From positions 4,500,989 through 4,564,988 of the forward strand of contig JBLDXI010000003.1 in assembly GCA_047495785.1 (NCBI GenBank): a stretch of DNA of 64,000 nucleotides, given 5' to 3'. Positions 50,854-63,295 of the stretch are shown here, piece by piece. This stretch comes from Lepidodermella squamata. Taxonomy: Eukaryota > Animalia > Gastrotricha. The translations under genes were made by a program, and so were the position numbers. Position 1 is the stretch's first letter. Each line of letters opens with the position of its first letter. The notes below the pieces were generated by a model. That model was not told the DNA's origin. It saw only the letters and a list, made by a program, of their open reading frames with translations, and did no database searches.

Positions 50854-52236
50854 TTTCGGCCGCTAATGGAGATGATAGTACCTAGAATGATAATAAAATT
50901 ACAAAAATACATTGTGTTATAATAATAATAGACGGCAATTTGTCGGGCGCTTCTGAAGCTGCTGCTGCTTCTAGAAACCGGTACATTGTTTTGCGGCCGA
51001 AAAATAGAGCGCGAGTCTATCGCACGCTCGTGAGCGGCAGTTATTATTTTTCTCATGAGGCCACTTGGCAATTTAGCAATGGCCACATAGCGGTCAGTTG
51101 CGCCCTGTAAATCGCCGTTCCATTATCATCTACTGATGCCTTCCCTTGTCGTCATCGAGAGACAGAGATAGAGATAGAGAGAAAACAGAAAATCAAAATA
51201 ACAACAGCGACAATTCATGATGATGATGAAGATGAAGATGATGGAGAATATGCCAGCGATAAAGATACGGTGGCGTGTGATAAGCGACGTGAAAAATCGA
51301 AACCGATTAGGGCGAAATTTAACAGCAAGACAACGATAATGGCGTGTTTAGCTGAGTCAAATAATAATAACTTTGTTAGGGAAAATAAAATAGTAACGCG
51401 CGTGGAAAAATGGCCGTTTAAATAACGTTCGATCTTCTGGACATGACGGCGGACACGATGATGGTAAACAACGAGCAGTCCACAATAATATTTGATTTCA
51501 CGCCTAAAATTGCCTTTGGTATTAAAAAAATAACAGACACGCCTTAAAATAAACAGAAGCGGGTCATTCTTGAAGTTGTCTTCTCTGGACAAAAGGCGCC
51601 CGCCTTTGTTGTCGCTTGTTGTCGGGTATCTATTCTGCGCTGATGATGGCGACAAGTTGTTATTACATTAGCACCTTGTGTGTGTGTGTGGTAGCAAAAA
51701 GCTGCACAGCAGTTCGTGGAAAGAAATTGAGTTTTTGAGACGAGAAAAATCACACGCGATATATACTTCAGACGAGTATAAGAAAAGGAGCGACGATAAG
51801 GCGCGCAAACAAACAAATAATGCATTATAATAGAGTAAAATAACATCATTATAATAATATCACGGTGGTGTGTAGCTAATAATAAAATTTGAACGTTAAA
51901 ATAAATAATAACAATTTTTCGGCAGCGAAAATCGCCGTTGCGCCGAAATTATTTCCGCGGAGCCAAGTTTGTCGGCGCAAATTAGTGATTTTTTAATCAA
52001 GTGGCAACTAGCACCTAGCGATCGTTAAGGCCTAAAAAAGAAGCGGAAAGTTTAGCCGCACCTTGTTGCGTACAGCTGGATTTCCAGTATGAAAGCGCGA
52101 TTATTAGACATAGTGGTAGTGGTACATCAACCGATTACTTTCAGCAGAACCGCGGCCACATGTGGTTGCGCGCATATAAACAACCATGCGCGGGTTATTC
52201 GAGATGCATCGCCAAAAACAACATAAATGCAGGTCA

Positions 52237-53487
52237 CTCTTCCTCTTCCTTCTCCTGTTCTTCCCTCTCTGTTCTTCCATTCTCTATCTTCCTTCTTCTC
52301 CCCTTCTTCTTCCTATCTTCCAATCTTCCTATCTTCTTCCTCCTCTTCCTTAGGGCCGCGCTGGCCTCTGCGCGCGGCGCTCTTCCTTTTCTTCCTTTTA
52401 TAGAAAAAACTGGCGTTGGAGTCACTGACGCGAGCCAATCACAAGTCGACACATTTCAATTTGAAAATTATTAAGGCGCATTTTTTATTTGGTTCTTGCT
52501 GTTTTACGCACGCAGTGATTTTATTGTCGCACACCACGAATAAAAAGTGTGTGCTTGTGTTGTTTGCAAAACGCATAGGTAGGTAACAGTAAATGACTTG
52601 AAAAGCGTAAAAGCGTATAATAAGAACCCTTACCCATCTTCCTCAGATAAAACTATAATATGCCGACAAGTTACTTGACAAGGCGCTGGCGCAGAATTTA
52701 GAATGAAAGATGGCTAAAATAATTTTAAAGGTGACGGTTCAATTGTTTTCGGCTTTAATAATCCGGGCGCCAGCAACAAAACAGGAGGCACGCCGAGCTC
52801 TGTTCGCAACCCGTTCGTGAAAATGACAGTAATCGCGCGAAAATGGAATCCCGAACTCCCGAAAACAACTGTCTTTCCGCGTGGGCAACGGACCCTGACT
52901 CTTTTAAAAACTCAATGATCTTAGGCCTTATAATACCTTCTGATACTATACACGTAAATAAAATGAAATTGGCCGCCAAGGGTGTTCAAATATAGAACAA
53001 TTAGAAAACACAGGCCTTGTAACACTTTTCGAAGCCAACATTTTGTAAAACCACATTGCTGCATTCTACTGTTTTTTGAACGTAGAATATTATTATTGCC
53101 GTCGTGCAAGAGACTCATTCATCGTAGTGCGGCGGGTGAAAATTATCGCCATCAATAAAACACACACGCAGACACACACGAATTTCGCATTGCTTATAAT
53201 ATTATTGCAATGGGCTCACCACCAAGCGTCACAGAATGCAACACAAAATTTAATATTTTGCAGCACTCGACCTTTTGTTTTAGGCATTAGTGAAAAAGAA
53301 TAAATTCAGGCAATAGGTGTTATCCGGAGCCCGGAATCCGGTATTCATTTGAATTTAAGGGACGCCGCCGGTACCGGGTAAACCAGGTAAAAACAGAGTA
53401 AAAAGGGCAAAAGCGGGTACAAGCTGGGTTAGAAAATTCTCCCTTCCGCTTTTCATATTCGGATTAAGCAGCGTAAAAAACTACCCC
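52237..53487. repeat. Interspersed repeat family A, copy 3 (long)
   Basis: Direct repeat of 44858-45998 with a different central segment and the same terminal GGATTAAGCAGCGTAAAAAACTACCC. Confidence 0.88.
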
Positions 53488-56400
53488 TGTCTATTGGTAT
53501 AGTAAACTTACAGACAAGTTACAAGTTACAGGTAATAGAAATAAGGTATGCTTCCTAGATCAGGTTTTCGAAATCCTATGAATGGAAATCCTATCAGCGA
53601 ATTTCTTGAAAATCAACGAAATTGCAAGATGACTACAATTTATAATAACCTAGATATCAATAGATGACATCATTCCGAAGCTACCTAATTGTGAAAAATG
53701 TATTGGAAAAAAATAAAACTCACGATGAATTGTTCAAAGATTAAATATTATAAGCTCTCGCACGCTCCAGCATAATGTAAACGCGGAACGCGATTATGCA
53801 ATGTTTGCTCCAGTTCGCTCCCGCTCCTGGTGCTGCTGTAAACGTGTAATGATTTCAGTAACTCCGCTCTTCAAGATGGTAAGAATTTCGGTGAGCTGGA
53901 CTTATATCGCCTCACTCATCGCCGGTGATTGCACAATCGGGCGCGAACGTGTGGTAAGCTTGTGGTAAGGCATATCCGATGCCGCTCACCAATTAACTAG
54001 CGGCTGATTTTTGGTGGTTCTTGTTCATCCGTTAAAGGGCTCATAGCTGGCAATGAAGAAATTATCAAAGGCGACGATAACGAGAGGGGGAGAGAGGGCG
54101 CTGATTGTGATGACGCGCCTTGATTGCGCGTCTAACAAGGTTAGAGTCGTAAGATTTTGAATCGGCCTTCTCGATTGCGCGCTTTTTTCAGCGCGGGTGA
54201 GTTGCCTCTGGGGGCTCTCGGCGCAGATAAACCCGCGCGCGAGACATTAGTTGACTTGATGGCACAAATTGCTGTCGCTGGCGTCGCTCGGAGCTCGTGG
54301 GACACGCGAGACTCGGTCGTTTCGCCTAATGAACTAAACGCATTCATCGCGAGGCAATAAACTGAATTATCAATCGATAATGATGAAGATGTATATATAT
54401 AAATTTATGTATCGATGGTGACGTTAATAGCATTATTCCAGTGATAACAAGTATGGTTGTTGGTTGTTGGTGGTGGGGGCGAACTCGAAACAAATTCGAG
54501 GGCCGCAAAATGCCCTATCATCATCTCGTTATTAGGGCTATAGGAATTATACAAACTGGTAGCAAAAATTGTGCGCTGCTGTGTGACAAACAAGTGGCCG
54601 GCAAGCAATCAATCGGTCGGTGGGTTATATTTTTGCCGGCGGATTCGGCGATGATGACGGCGGAGTGAAAGCGAACGAAAACACGCCCGAGTCGATGTTT
54701 GCGCGTGCGCGCGGGCGGATTAGGTGGTGGTGGTAGTGGCGCCTCGTGCCGCGCCTGCCCGGCCGACACGTCAACAAGAAATAACAAGAAATAACAAGAC
54801 GTGTGTTTCATTTGTGTGTTTGCGCCGTCCCATCATCTCGTTTTTGCGGCCTTGCCTCCTCGCCTTGTCGCCAACCGTAAACAAACGAGAACAGGCATCG
54901 AGTGGCTAAATAGCCACTTGTTATGCATGTAAAAATAAATTAATAATGGGATGTCTATTTGAGGCTAATAATAATCCTGTAAACAGTAAGTGATATTATG
55001 GCAGCTAAGCGCGACAAATTAAGCTGCGAGATAGGCCCTAAATCATACGACGCTGCAGTCTGTCATCGCAAATCTTCTCAATGACTTTGATCCATCATCA
55101 TAGAACTTAGGATGAACCATCTTCCTCTTCCCTCTCTATTCTTCCCTATCTGTCTCCCGATGTTCTTCCTTCTTTGTTCTTCCTGTCTGTGCAATAAGAG
55201 TGAGCAGTCTTGAAAAAATGCCAACATTTGGATTAAAAGAAAATGCACGGATGTGCAACGATTTGGCCGTAACAGCTGATGCCGAATTTCGGAACAGCGC
55301 TCATGCAGGAGTTTCCTACTTTCCCCACATATTTATCTATAGTTAGGGCCGTAAAGGTAAATAACCATCGCAAAACCTTCAATTTCAAGAGGAACGTAAA
55401 TCGTGATTAAGTACTATCGGGCCGCAGCCAGCTGATATACCATATAGGAACGAAATTTTGATTGAAAGTTGAAAGAAACTAAGAATTTCACGTCAATAAA
55501 ATTCCCTAATAAAGTCAGCCGCAAAGGCCTAATTGTGCTCTGCAGTAGTTTTTGTGCATAATACGTAGTCGACGCGCAAAAAAGTGTTACGCCAATACCT
55601 GACCGAAAATGGCTAGCGAATCATCCATGGTATTTATACATTTCAAAGTGAGGTAAATGCCTCATTCCTAGGATGATTTGCACTGCATAATATGTAAGGC
55701 TGATTGAAATATTTCAGGTACAAATTATATTTGCGGATGTTGCACCTCGTTATGCAAATCCGATAATTCGAGTAAAATCCACGCGAATGAACGCATAAAT
55801 AACTTTAGAATTTCGGACTGAAGCGGGCATTAAATAATAGAGGTTATATTCGCGCCCGACCACGCAAACAGACTTTGAAGCGGATTTACAGGTAAAAAAT
55901 GGCAGCAGTTATAAATAAACGAATTAATTTACATGTACGGACAGATGATAATTCAAATAATATCAGCAGTTTCCCCACAAAAACTTCACTGTGATTACCA
56001 AGATGTATGCAATTAAATGTGAATTTGATTTAACATCGTGTAATAAATCTGGTGACCAATCTGGTGATCTGGTGCGAGATGGCCAACAAATGATAGCCGG
56101 AAAGATGGCAAGGGAAAGGTCAAATTCTACGACCAGATAAAGCTTGGTTCGAATGCGTGTCAGCCGAAGTTCTACTTTAGACTTGAAATTTATTGTTGAA
56201 CCCCAGCTTATCGTTTCGCCTAATATTGGTAGCTGGGAATCACCGATCGATCGGTCCAACATTCAGAATGTTAGGGGTAAAATGAAACGTTAGAAAAATG
56301 TAAACCAGAAGAGAATTTTCCCAACAATTACTCAAGTAGATGAAGAATTAAAAATCTATATAAAGAGATGCAATATGAAATTAAGCATGTGAAGAGAAGT

Positions 56401-57966
56401 TATCATTGCGAAATCAGACTATGATGGGCAATAGGCGATGCAAATCGAGTCGTCTCGCAAATCGAGCGAGTCAACAGCGTATAATTACTATGAGGATTCA
56501 TCTACCGTGTAATAGTAAAAGTAAAACAGCGGTGCTATCAATAATAAGTATAGCCACGATGGCGCCGAAGACCGCGTGGCAAAAGGCGCGTATCATCGCC
56601 CCTGCGAAGTCTTTAATTGAGAGTCGAAGGCGCCGAGGGAGCGCGACGGGCAGCTGATCGGCAGCGTTGTTATGCTATTAATTGAAAATTGTTGCATTAT
56701 TACTACTATTGCAAGTATTGTAGCCGTGCTGCTGCGTAGCCGGGCGCGAGGTTATTGCAAAGCTAATACTATGAAGGTAATCGCCCTGTGTTTGTTTTTC
56801 GGACGAAGCCCCACGAGCGCCGCGGCCAATCAACAAATGTTCACGCAGCCCGTAATGCTGTAGCAATAATATTGTATTTATTTGCTAATTCTCAATTCTA
56901 AATGGCCGTAATCGCCAGCAGTTAACAAGCCTCGTTATTACTCCAGGCTGGGTGCCGGTGGGAGAGAGCAGGAGAGCTGCCTGCTGAAGTTTCCGTTTCG
57001 GCCTCTTGCTCTCTAGTTTTGATAATTGCAGCGGCGGCGCGAGATCATCATCGAAATAGGCTCCTTAGATACAATGAGTCGCGCCATTAAATCGCAGCAA
57101 TAATCGTTCAAACAACAACAATAATGCAAACCATCGCCGGCCATTCATTCGCGTCGTTCGACACTACTGAAAATGCGCTGATTTTTTGCGAGATAAAGCG
57201 TTGTGTTTGTTTACGATATTATATTGTTATAGCGGAACAATAAATAAATAAATAAAACCGTATAGCACAACACAAAAAAGTTTCGACTTCTCACGCGAGC
57301 TTGAAATAGCAAGGCACATAAGACGATGAAGAATATCTATGTATATCGGGCCATACAATACGACGATGAGTAATCAAAATTCAGAGGCCATCTATCACCC
57401 GGCGTTAAACCGCGCACGCAAAACCGTCGGCTGCTGATTAAGCTAACTGGCAATTATAGGAGGGCGACCCGAATGCCGAGGTTGCGCTGGCCACACTGTA
57501 ATTTCAAGATAGCGTTGCGATTTGTGGCTGGTTTTATGGGGCGTCGCGGCGGGCTTTACGACTCGTCGGGGTCAACAAACGTGTCATTGCTCGATCCAGG
57601 CCGCACGATTAAGTCCACTGAAGTCAACGCCTGGTCCAAATACAATCGATATTGAACTATTACAAAGTAGTGCTGACAGCAAATTCTTCCTTACTTCCTA
57701 GACTTCCCTTCCCTTCTTCCTAGTCTACTCTTCCATTCTTCCCTCTGCCATACTCTTTCATAGCTCTTCGTTCTTCCCTTTTATAGAAAGATTCTTCTGT
57801 TTTGAGTCACTGATGAGCCAGCTTTCTACGAATTTCATTTCGAAAATCACCGATGCGCATATTTTACTTTGTTTGCTCTAAAAAAATCGCTATTTGGCAG
57901 CCATTTAGAGTATTTAGACTCAGCGGGAAATAAAAAATGCGAGTTGCTACATAAATAACTGGCAAC

Positions 57967-58000
57967 TATTCAGGATATATTCAGGATATATTCAGGATAT
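57967..58000. repeat. Tandem repeat (TATTCAGGATA)x3
   Basis: Directly visible. The unit equals the loop-proximal sequence of the adjacent palindrome. Confidence 0.9.
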
Positions 58001-58003
58001 AAT

Positions 58004-58118
58004 CTTTTTCTTATTGATATATTTTTGAACACCACAAAGCCCTTGGTTATTCAGGATAAATATAATCCTGAATAACCAAGGGCTATGTGGCGTTCAAAAA
58101 TATATCAATAAGAAAAAG
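58004..58118. repeat. Near-perfect palindrome (54-bp arms, 7-nt loop)
   Basis: CTTTTTCTTATTGATATATTTTTGAACACCACAAAGCCCTTGGTTATTCAGGAT-AAATATA-ATCCTGAATAACCAAGGGCTATGTGGCGTTCAAAAATATATCAATAAGAAAAAG, with 2 mismatches. Confidence 0.92.
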
Positions 58119-59873
58119 GCCTTATAATGGTTTTTTTAAAAGCCACCGTTTTTTAAAGCCGAATTCCTGTTTGCTGCTTATTGAACGTTGTATCACCGTG
58201 CAAGAAAATCCTTAATCGTTCAGCGGGCGAAAGCCCTAAATAAAACACACACACGCGGGCTTACTTCGCCCTTCAAGAATTTCGGTGAGCTGGACATGTT
58301 CGGCGAGGTACCAATTGCAGCGGAAAATCGGATTAAAATTAGGAGAAAAAACTCGCGTAAGTTAGTCGCTGAAAATTAAAATCTGTGCTCTAATAATGTT
58401 GGATTCCGCGTTGAAACGCAAAACAGTGAACGAATAAAAAATGCGAAACGCAAGAACTCTTTGCAACTTTTTTTTATATGATATATGCAAAATAACCACT
58501 TTGCGGACAGACGTTGCGGACCGCCTTTAAGAGATGCGGGTGTACCCTGGAGAAATTATCTATCCCTGTATCACAAAGTTGCATTCAACAGAGCGGGGTT
58601 CAAATAGTAGATGACGACAATGAAATTAGGAGATTAAAATTAAAAAAATTAGCGCTGAGAGGTCACTGCTTAATTGTCACTATTATGTTGTCACTGATGC
58701 TTTGTCACGCAATTGCTGAAAAGTCAAATGTCGTAGAGCCAAAGCGGGCCTGTCAATTTTTATAATTATGCGGAATTAAGATAAAAATAATGTGAAATAT
58801 GACTGAAGCAAAATGTGACTGCAACTCGAGCCAGTCGCCAGAACAATTAAGAATTAATTGGTTTGAATTAAGATGAGATTTATCTGTCCTAAAAATTCGT
58901 TGCTCGTCTCCCGAGTCACTTCTTTCGCAAAAACTAGATAATATGCTGTGTATGAGGAGATGCAATCGATTGAAAAAGCGTTTGGACTGCTTGATTTGCG
59001 CTTCTTCTCGCCGTCCACTAGAGCAATTTGATTGGCCATATCAAAGCACCGAGTAGACGTTCACTGCGAGATTTTCGGCGTTTAGTACCGCTAAAGATCG
59101 GTCGAAAAGGTGCGAGCATTATAGATAACGGCCTCTTTGCATACCCAGCAGCGTGAGTAAACCAATGCCCAAAGATTTTTATTTTCATCGCAGATTTAGT
59201 TACGCGTGCATGATAAGTATTAGTATAGCAGAAATGTCGCGTCGGCAGTAGCGGCTGTTGATGCGCGGACAGGTAATGAAGGCGAGTGATACCCGGCGTC
59301 CGGTCACTTGGCGCGTGCCTTTGCGCCGTCCACCTCAGCGTCGCCGAGGAAGTCGCCTTCACTGATCGCCGGATATTTGGAAACAAAGGCGTTCATTCTG
59401 CAAACGTACCCAATGTACCGGCGTCTTAGTTCATCAGCTCTCATTCTAGTCCAATCTTTCTCAGAATTATTATTTCTTACTTAGAATTCCTTAATTGTGG
59501 GAGTTTTTTGCTGTTTTATCCCCATTCAATAAAATGCTATTTTTGTAATATTGTCTGCAATGTGGCTGATTCTGAAGTGCAGAAATATGCCGAAGAAATA
59601 AGTATTGGATAATCCCCGATACCTATTAATGTTATTTGCTGATCATCCAAACTTTTTGATGGCGAACAGATGGTTTCAGGGATGATTTCACAGTTGGCCA
59701 AAAGCCAAGTGTGGAACCTAATTTTTTTATTTCTCTATACTCCAATATTTAGCTTACCCATCAGAATTTCGTCAGCGCTAGATCATCCAGACTGATACTT
59801 GTCGAACAGTTAAATTTAAAGTTTAGGAATTTCACAGGGATAACTAAAACTTAATTACGAAACATGATTGATA

Positions 59874-60475
59874 CCGACAACTGGGGTGACTTTAGTGGTG
59901 GGGGTGACTTTGGCGTACCAAAATGGGGTGACTTTCTTAGCATCACGTGACATAAGAAAGCATGCAAATACATAACATGAATTTATTCAATCAACCTTCG
60001 CATTATTTTATTTGCTAATAATTTTGAACGTTTATTTGACCCGTTTGGCCCTTTTTTCCTAGCTGAATGTGATCCTACTGTGTGTGGATTAAATTATATT
60101 GGTAGACAGCCTCCGATCCCCTTACCGATCCTGTCTGATCACCAAATTCCAGCCTCCTAGCTATTATAATTTATTTCCCCATTCATTGCCGCATGAAAAA
60201 TACAGATTCATGAAGAGAGGACGAACGAAGTCACCAAATATGTGACACTGCCGTTTGGGGTGACTTTGGTGACAGGTAACTGATAATACGCTTCGTGAGC
60301 TTATCAATTTGGTCAAAATGCCAACTCCGTTGGGCTGCAGGTCTTGCCAGCTTTCGATTGACATCCATATCGACTATATTTCAATGTAACACACGCCCAC
60401 CGCGGTTATTTGAAAGTCAGTTACAAAAACCCATGCCAATGTCACCCCACTGGGTAAAGTCACCCCAGTTGACGG
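59874..60475. mobile_element. Non-autonomous Tc1/mariner (pogo-like) MITE, ~600 bp
   Basis: TIRs CCGACAACTGGGGTGACTTT / AAAGTCACCCCAGTTGACGG (1 mismatch), TA on both sides, repeated subterminal GGGGTGACTTT motifs, no transposase ORF. Confidence 0.88.
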
Positions 60476-61048
60476 TATCAATCAAGATCAATTCTGTCCT
60501 CAAGAGACCCCAACAAGCGACCCTAAGAGCGCTCATTCGGGACCCATGACCTCGGCCCATCCATTCAACGGATGGGACGTCTCATAACAATAACAAGGAA
60601 TTTTCAATTTAAATAAAAAATTCGATTAAAAGACCCGATTAAAAAAACAACGATAGTCTCGAATCAAAAAATTAGTTTTATTCGATGATTGCTGTTGCTG
60701 ACAAAGAGAAGACATCAATACTGTTGCTGATGAAGAAGAAGAAGACATCAATATATAAAAAGAGATGGAACAACGCGCACCTTGCTGCATTTGACGACAC
60801 GGGAGATTTGTGATTTTTCATGTAAAAGCGTAAAAACATAACAATAAAACAATAAAAATACAACGGCATCATCGGCTCGCGCATCACGATATCAACCGAA
60901 TAATATCGAGTGGTAAAAGCTGCAATAATAGCGATTTTAATGATCGATCGATCCGAAGTGTCAACGGGTCACAGTGCTGCTGCCATAATAATATTATACA
61001 AGTAGTATGCGAAGTGGAAATAGTAATCATCATTTGAGGTCGGTCGCG

Positions 61049-63295
61049 TCACAGGTAGCCGAGCTCGAGCGCGTGCTGCATCGCCGCCAGGTCCGAATGC
61101 GACGACACGCGCCAGAACGGCCATGACATGAGCTTGGCGGCTGTCTCCTCGTCACGCCCGTCGCCCACCACAACGTAGGTCGCGCGCTTGCCAAACCGCG
61201 CCGCAATGCGCTCGAAGCAACTCTCCTTGCCCACCTTCGTCGCAGAATAAATATTGTCGACGTCGAAAGCCCCGCTGAGACCGTACAGCAAAACTTTGGC
61301 TACGGCCGGTACAAGCTGCGTCGTTGTAACGAGCACGTTCGCGCTGGTAGGCGACGCCCCTCCGAAACCCCTCGTCCCGATACACGTCAGCGCTTTCAGG
61401 GCAAGAGCCGGCCAACCGTCTGTTACATGTTCAATCTCTTTCCGAAGTTGAAGCCATTGAGCTCGCTGAGATTCGCTCAACAAAGCTGCTGCGTTGTGGC
61501 GATACGCGCCGTACAGCTCCTTGATTCGCCGGTACCGAAACGCGAGTTTCCTCGTCCAATCTGCCGTCAGTGTTGCGGTGGGTCTCACACCGGAATGGCG
61601 GTGCATGGCGCCTAGCATCGCCGCAGCTTGAGACGCGCCCGGCTGGTTCGCCACCGTATTCGTTCCGTCGGCGAATGGCGTCGTTGGGGGTGGTGCTGAG
61701 CTGGAAAAGCCGTCAGCGTTGAAGTCATACGCCGACAGGTCTTGCATATTGTCATCGGCGGCTGCGTCATCGATATGCACCTGGTCGCATTCTTCTAGAT
61801 CGTTGAAAAACAAGTGGGTGTCAGCTAACGAGAAGATGAGTTCCTCCATGCGAAGCCCCAGCTGTAGGCAAACGCTCGCGTCCTTGCCGTAGCGTTGTGC
61901 GAAGGCGCCGGTCAACAGCGAGTGAAACACGATCAACGTTTCGTCGAGGTCCCAGATGAAAACGCGGTCAATGCCGGCATCTGCGGCTGCTATGCCACCG
62001 GAAACTGGCAGCGACTCTGAATCCGCCCCGCCCGGGGTTAACGGGGACTCGAGGGAAGCTACGGCAGTGCCATCTAGTGCGCCGTTACTCGTTACTGTCG
62101 ATCCAGCCCCAGCCACACTGCTCTTTCTCGTATTAGCTCCTCGATTGGCAGATTTCCGTTTTCCAGGCGAATTTTTCGTGCCAGATTTCGCACGGCCCTT
62201 TGCTTTACTGCTCGTCTGAGTTGGCGAAGGCGACGACCCAGATTCTCCCGATCCCGAGTTGCGCAACTTTTTACTACCTGCATCGTAACCCGGGTAAGCC
62301 TGATCTGTAACGCTGCGACTCGTTTGTAGCGAGCCACCGAGCCGGCCGTACTGGTCTTGCAGGTAGGTCGAGTTGGCGTACGGCAGAAGCTGACTGAACG
62401 AGCTGTAGCTACCTTGAGGCATCGACTGGTGGTAGTTGCCAGCCGATGTCGCAGCAGACGTCGATGAAGACGAGCCAGTCGCCGGGGCTCTCAGCACCTG
62501 CTGAAACGAGGACAGGTAGGCGGCAGCAGCGGCGGCGGTTGCTTCCGACGCCGACGGTATGAGCCCGTTGTAGTCGATGACTTGGCCATTGGGCGACGAG
62601 AAATCGATTTCAGAATTCGGTTGCCCACGGTTGTGGCCGTAGGCGAGGGAAGGCGACGATGGCTGTCGGCTAGCATAGCCCGACTGCTGCAGCAACTGGT
62701 TGTAGTCGGCGGCAGCCGCTGCGGCGTTTGCGTTGTGCTGGTTCTGGTCGGCAGCTAGGTAGGCCAGTTTGTTCTGTCGGTACATGTCTGACGCGTCGGC
62801 GCGCCCGGGGTCGTACAGCTCGAAGGCGGTGTGGTGCGGTGGCATCTGATAGTTGTTGTCGGGCGGGCAGCCTGGTGGAGCGGTGGCGTACTGCGGGATT
62901 TGGTAGCACGCACCGGTGTCGACGAGCAGCGGCGCCATTTGCGTCAGCGTCGTCAACTTGTCACCCGAAGTTCCGCCTTGACCACTTTGCCGGGCTGCAG
63001 GGTTAGAGGAAGCCGCCCTGTGCAAGACAAAACTCTATGTTAACCTGAATGCTTGAATACTACGCGAAGCGATCACTTACTGGGCGTAATATGCCAAATT
63101 GCCGAGAGGATAGTCGAATAGCATGGAATAAGCAGAAGAGGAGCCGGGATTCAACGGGTTTTCTTCCGAAGCTAGCTTTGCGCTCGCCGCGTTTGTGCCC
63201 GTGCCGGCGGGTGTCTGCGAAGCATTAGCAGATGCTGCTGACACAAAGCCAGCACCAGAGCTGAAGGCCGACGACGAAGAGGCTAGGGTCGACAT
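61049..63295 (-). CDS. eya: Eyes absent (EYA) transcriptional co-activator / HAD-family tyrosine phosphatase
   Basis: Exons 63295-63081 and 63017-61049 (63-nt phase-2 intron). S/A/Y/Q-rich N-terminus, then Eya domain [71 protein letters not shown], ending ALELGYL. A probable non-coding exon lies upstream (donor at 63372). Confidence 0.96.

Larger units (their letters stand above)
57685..58260. repeat. Interspersed repeat family A, copy 4 (diverged)
   Basis: CT tract plus CCCTTTTATAG..GAGTCACTGATGAGCCA. Segment 58120-58255 resembles 45510-45670 (CCGTGCAAGAAA..TCCTT..ATCGT). Confidence 0.7.

Noticed and set aside
44727-52474. S/F/L-rich and K/E/R-rich ORFs at 44.7, 48.1 and 52.2 kb
   Set aside because: They are translations of the CT-rich tract of repeat family A.
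57967-59935. CRISPR-like or other prokaryotic systems suggested by short direct repeats
   Set aside because: The sequence is spliceosomal-intron eukaryotic DNA. The repeats lack regular unique spacers and there are no cas genes.
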